Source: Octopus bimaculoides (taxonomy: Eukaryota). From it: a stretch of 55,420 bases of DNA. A program made the position numbers and the translations under genes. The stretch covers positions 34,858,001-34,913,420 of the forward strand of contig NC_068990.1 of assembly GCF_001194135.2 (NCBI RefSeq). Reading direction: 5' to 3'. The notes under the pieces are model-generated. The model had not been told where the DNA came from. It saw only the letters and a list, made by a program, of their open reading frames with translations, and did not search any database. Shown piece by piece: positions 51,249 through 55,420 of this stretch; the stretch's first letter is position 1; each line of letters starts with the position of its first letter.

Positions 51249-51840
51249 ATCAACAATATCATTGTTGTTATTTTTTTCATAATAATTGTTGTTGCTGTAA
51301 ATATTATTGTTAATGTTCTTTTATTGAGAATATATTTTCGAGAGCTCTACAACGTATTTCTAACTTCCATGGTGCACGATACTTACGTCTTTATAGCTTT
51401 CCTCCCCACCACGCACCAAGTAACCTGCCGACAACATCTCATCCAACACACCCAAGCCCAACGCTGCAACATCAACAACAACCAGCGACGACAAGAAAAC
51501 TGTACTTAACCTCCCCCCACCACTATCAACACTAGCGCAACATTAGCTCTAGCGTATGTAACTATCATTACCGAGTCTCTTATTTGAATGCTCTCATACG
51601 ACATAGCTTCCATTTTAGCTAATCTCGTTGACTCAAGTGTACACCGCACCTAAAATATTTGATATGATATACTAAACCACACGAATTCTCAAATTCACTT
51701 TTACACTCGTGTGTGTGTGTATATNNNNNNNNNNNNNNNNNNNNNNNNNNNNNNNNNNNNNNNNNNNNNNNNNNNNNNNNNNNNNNNNNNNNNNNNNNNN
51801 NNNNNNNNNNNNNNNNNNNNNNNNNNNNNNNNNNNNNNNN

Positions 51841-51879
<39 letters not shown>

Positions 51880-52228
51880 ACACAAACAAACACACAAGTA
51901 CAAAAATGCACATACATCATACATCTACAGAAACAAATTATATCTCAGTCTTAAATGTACCTAAAAATGGTTGCTGGTAACCCATACCCTCATCTTTTGA
52001 TACTTATTACTGAGACCTAAAAATAATCAACATGAATCTAGACGAGTATATAATAACTTTAAAAACAGGCTAGAATACCATGAATTTCTAGAATATTCTA
52101 GGGTGAAACTCAGCTTGTAATCCATCAGAACATCGTATTAAATCTCACTACAGGGTTCCATCGAAAAATAACATTCATTTTTATTTCATATATCCTGTGG
52201 ATTAGTGTATAAATCGAATGCTTTTAAG

Positions 52229-52460
52229 CTTTCACTTGTTTCAGTTATTAGGGTGCGACCATGCTGGGGCAGCACCTTTAAAGAATTTAGTCGAGTGAAT
52301 CGACCCAAGTATTTATATATAAGTAATTTTTATTCTAAGCCTGGTACTAATTCTATAGGTTTACTTTGCCGAACCGCTCAGTTACGGGGACGTAAACACA
52401 TCAGCACCGGTTGTCAAGAGATGGTGGGGAGACAAATACTAACACAAACGCACACAACCC
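52229..52460 (-). mobile_element. SINE family A, tail half only
   Basis: ttcacttgtttcagttattagggtgcgaccatgctgggg..ttgccgaaccgctcagttacggggacgtaaacac..ggttgtcaagagatggtggggagacaaa. Confidence 0.88.
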
Positions 52461-52484
52461 CCTTCCCTATATATATATGTGTAT

Positions 52485-52650
52485 AGGTGTAGGAGTGGGT
52501 GTGTGTGGTAAGTAGTTTGCTTACCAAACACATGGTTACGGGTGTAGTCCGACTGCGTGGAAGCTTGGACAAATGTCTTGTACTATTGCCTCGGGCCGAC
52601 TAAAGCCTTGTGGGGGTATTTGATAGACGGAAACTGCAAGAAGCCCGCCA
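52485..52650 (+). mobile_element. SINE family A, head half only, opposite orientation to the adjacent tail half
   Basis: aggtgtaggagtgggtgtgtgtggtaagtagtttgcttaccaaacacatggttacgggtgtagtccgactgcgtgg..cctcgggccgactaaagccttgtg..gatagacggaaactgcaagaagcccg. Confidence 0.88.
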
Positions 52651-53810
52651 GACTCGCCCACACACTTATACAAACGCACATACACACGCACACTTGCGCA
52701 TACACACACACGCTAACAATCACGCAAACATAAACACACACACACACCCAAGTATACACACCCTTGCACACATAACCCACATATACACCCATTCACAAAT
52801 ACCTCCCACACACCTGACAACCCATACATACCCCGATTCACACATACCTCACATACCTCCCATACACCTACACACACACACCTCCCACACACCTTACATA
52901 TATACCGCCCACATACATGCACGCCCTCACACATATAGACGAACGCACATATATACACACACACACCCATATATACGCGCACGCCTACATACACAGCCGC
53001 ATACACATGCACACACATACACACCTCTCACATACACAAAACCACACATACACACACATACACAACACACATACACATATACACACATGCACGCATACAC
53101 ATATAAACACATGCACACACGCACACACACATCTCACATACACAATATACACATACACGCACGCACAAAAAATATACACACACGCGCACACGCACGCACG
53201 CGGAAACACACATGCAGACACACATGCAGACACATAAACACACACCCACCCGTACCTAACACTCACAATCCCACACACACACGCACATCCACACACATGC
53301 ACACACACACGCACACACACTTCTCACCGACACTACACACTCACACAGACACGCATACAATCACACACACATGGGCATAAACAACACACGCACTTACAAT
53401 AGCCAACGCACGCACACACACGTACACAGCAACGCGCATATACACAACATACACATACACACAAACACACACGCACGCACAAAAACATACACATACACAC
53501 ATGCGCACATACAAAATACACACACACACGTACACGTACCCAACACCTACAACCCCACACAAACACGAACACAGACATACTCAAAAAACCGCCTGTTGAC
53601 CTTCCACCTAACACTGTCTATATGCATCCACTAACCATTGCTGCTACTAATTACTTCCACTACGTGATACATACACACACACACACACAAACACACTAAC
53701 AGATAAACCACCAAACCATGCACAAACACACACACACACACACACATACATACGCACACACACGTTCTGTTATCACACACACACACTCGCAAACTCTCGC
53801 GCACGCACAG
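52650..53810. repeat. About 1.15-kb cryptically simple CA-rich tract
   Basis: Imperfect (CA)n with frequent interruptions; source of the H/T-rich ORFs 52610-53380 and neighbours. Confidence 0.85.
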
Positions 53811-54507
53811 ATATTCATCTCCCTTTTTCACTCTCCTGTCTTAGAAAGAACTTTTCCCCCACCACCTCCTCTTCCGGTCTTTTCACAATGTAACTTCGTG
53901 GGCNNNNNNNNNNNNNNNNNNNNNNNNNNNNNNNNNNNNNNNNNNNNNNNNNNNNNNNNNNNNNNNNNNNNNNNNNNNNNNNNNNNNNNNNNNNNNNNNN
54001 NNNNNNNNNNNNNNNNNNNNNNNNNNNNNNNNNNNNNNNNNNNNNNNNNNNNNNNNNNNNNNNNNNNNNNNNNNNNNNNNNNNNNNNNNNNNNNNNNNNN
54101 NNNNNNNNNNNNNNNNNNNNNNNNNNNNNNNNNNNNNNNNNNNNNNNNNNNNNNNNNNNNNNNNNNNNNNNNNNNNNNNNNNNNNNNNNNNNNNNNNNNN
54201 NNNNNNNNNNNNNNNNNNNNNNNNNNNNNNNNNNNNNNNNNNNNNNNNNNNNNNNNNNNNNNNNNNNNNNNNNNNNNNNNNNNNNNNNNNNNNNNNNNNN
54301 NNNNNNNNNNNNNNNNNNNNNNNNNNNNNNNNNNNNNNNNNNNNNNNNNNNNNNNNNNNNNNNNNNNNNNNNNNNNNNNNNNNNNNNNNNNNNNNNNNNN
54401 NNNNNNNNNNNNNNNNNNNNNNNNNNNNNNNNNNNNNNNNNNNNNNNNNNNNNNNNNNNNNNNNNNNNNNNNNNNNNNNNNNNNNNNNNNNATATATATA
54501 TATATAT

Positions 54508-54665
54508 ATACGAAGGACTTCTTTCAAATATCATCTCCATCAAATCCACTACAAAGCTTTCTTGAGTCCGAGGCTATGACACCAAACACTTGTGCAAAGT
54601 GTCACGCTGTGAGACTGAACCTGGAACCAAGTGGCTGGGAAGCAAACGTCTTACTATATACCCAC
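54508..54665 (-). mobile_element. SINE family A head half, with the rest probably in the preceding gap
   Basis: acgaaggacttctttc..caaatccactacaaagc..ccgaggctat..gactgaacctggaaccaagtggctgggaagcaaac..ttacta. Confidence 0.75.
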
Positions 54666-55362
54666 ATCAAATGGTTAACTAAATTTTTCCATGTAATATG
54701 TACTCACATGTACAAGTATGCGTGCACGTGCACACACGTTTAGAATTGTGTTTGCACTGTCATCAACACAGCTACAGCTGTCCGTATATTGCCTATAACC
54801 TCTAAAAAGTAAAAGCTCTCTCTATACAACCATCAATGCATTTGCAACTGTCTGCGTCATCAACTACATTATCAAATATAGCTATAACTGTCACATTTCT
54901 TCTACTCAGTGTTAACGGTTCTATATAACGTATACACAGTTATGACTATTTCTGCATTATCATATATACATAGTTGCCCCATTGCATTGTCGTGTACATG
55001 ACTTAGATAACAGATATGTTTCGGCCAAACTCCTAAACGTAATGTTTTTCAGTTATAACTATGTCTACAATAGAAGCCTTATAGTTATAGTCAAATCACT
55101 CATTACGTAATAATATACGCGGTTCTATCTAACTCATTCCCTTAACTACCACATATACAGAAATGAATAAAAGGAACAAGTAATAGTTGCTTCAATATGG
55201 CGGTTATAATTTCCTTCAACCAACTTGTTGGTTGTACGTAGTGAAGTAGTAGGATGCTGCAAATCATTGTGAGCACGAATGTGGGTAGCTTTTGGTATGA
55301 AGTATATACGTATATATATGTATACACACACAAGCATAAATATATAGATATGTATCTGTGAG

Positions 55363-55420
<58 letters not shown>

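Overview
AT-rich, microsatellite-saturated animal DNA with 14 N-gaps, nearly all flanked by (TA)n/(CA)n/(GA)n or trinucleotide arrays. The SINE families and repeat landscape look cephalopod, probably Octopus; this is an inference from recalled repeat patterns, not a search. No host gene could be confidently identified. Most ORFs in the track are microsatellite or gap read-throughs, or antisense frames of transposon relics. The interpretable content is a TE graveyard: RLE-type (R4/Dong-like) LINE pieces, a decayed Tc1 DD34E transposase, an internally deleted piggyBac with intact TTAA TSDs and asymmetric bipartite ends, mariner-derived MITEs (one a 534-bp fold-back of two 3' ends), a Tx1/L1 RT fragment, Penelope-like (PLE) fragments, weak hAT/Helitron/Gypsy relics, and three tRNA-derived SINE families. 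The most notable observation is four type-I hammerhead-ribozyme-like motifs with palindromic stem III in PLE-type termini (39364-39420 minus, 41574-41616, 45591-45627, 51008-51044), each with a different core deviation. Also notable: two TA-flanked hairpins near 38.7-39.2 kb and a SINE whose head half is inverted relative to its tail half (52229-52650).
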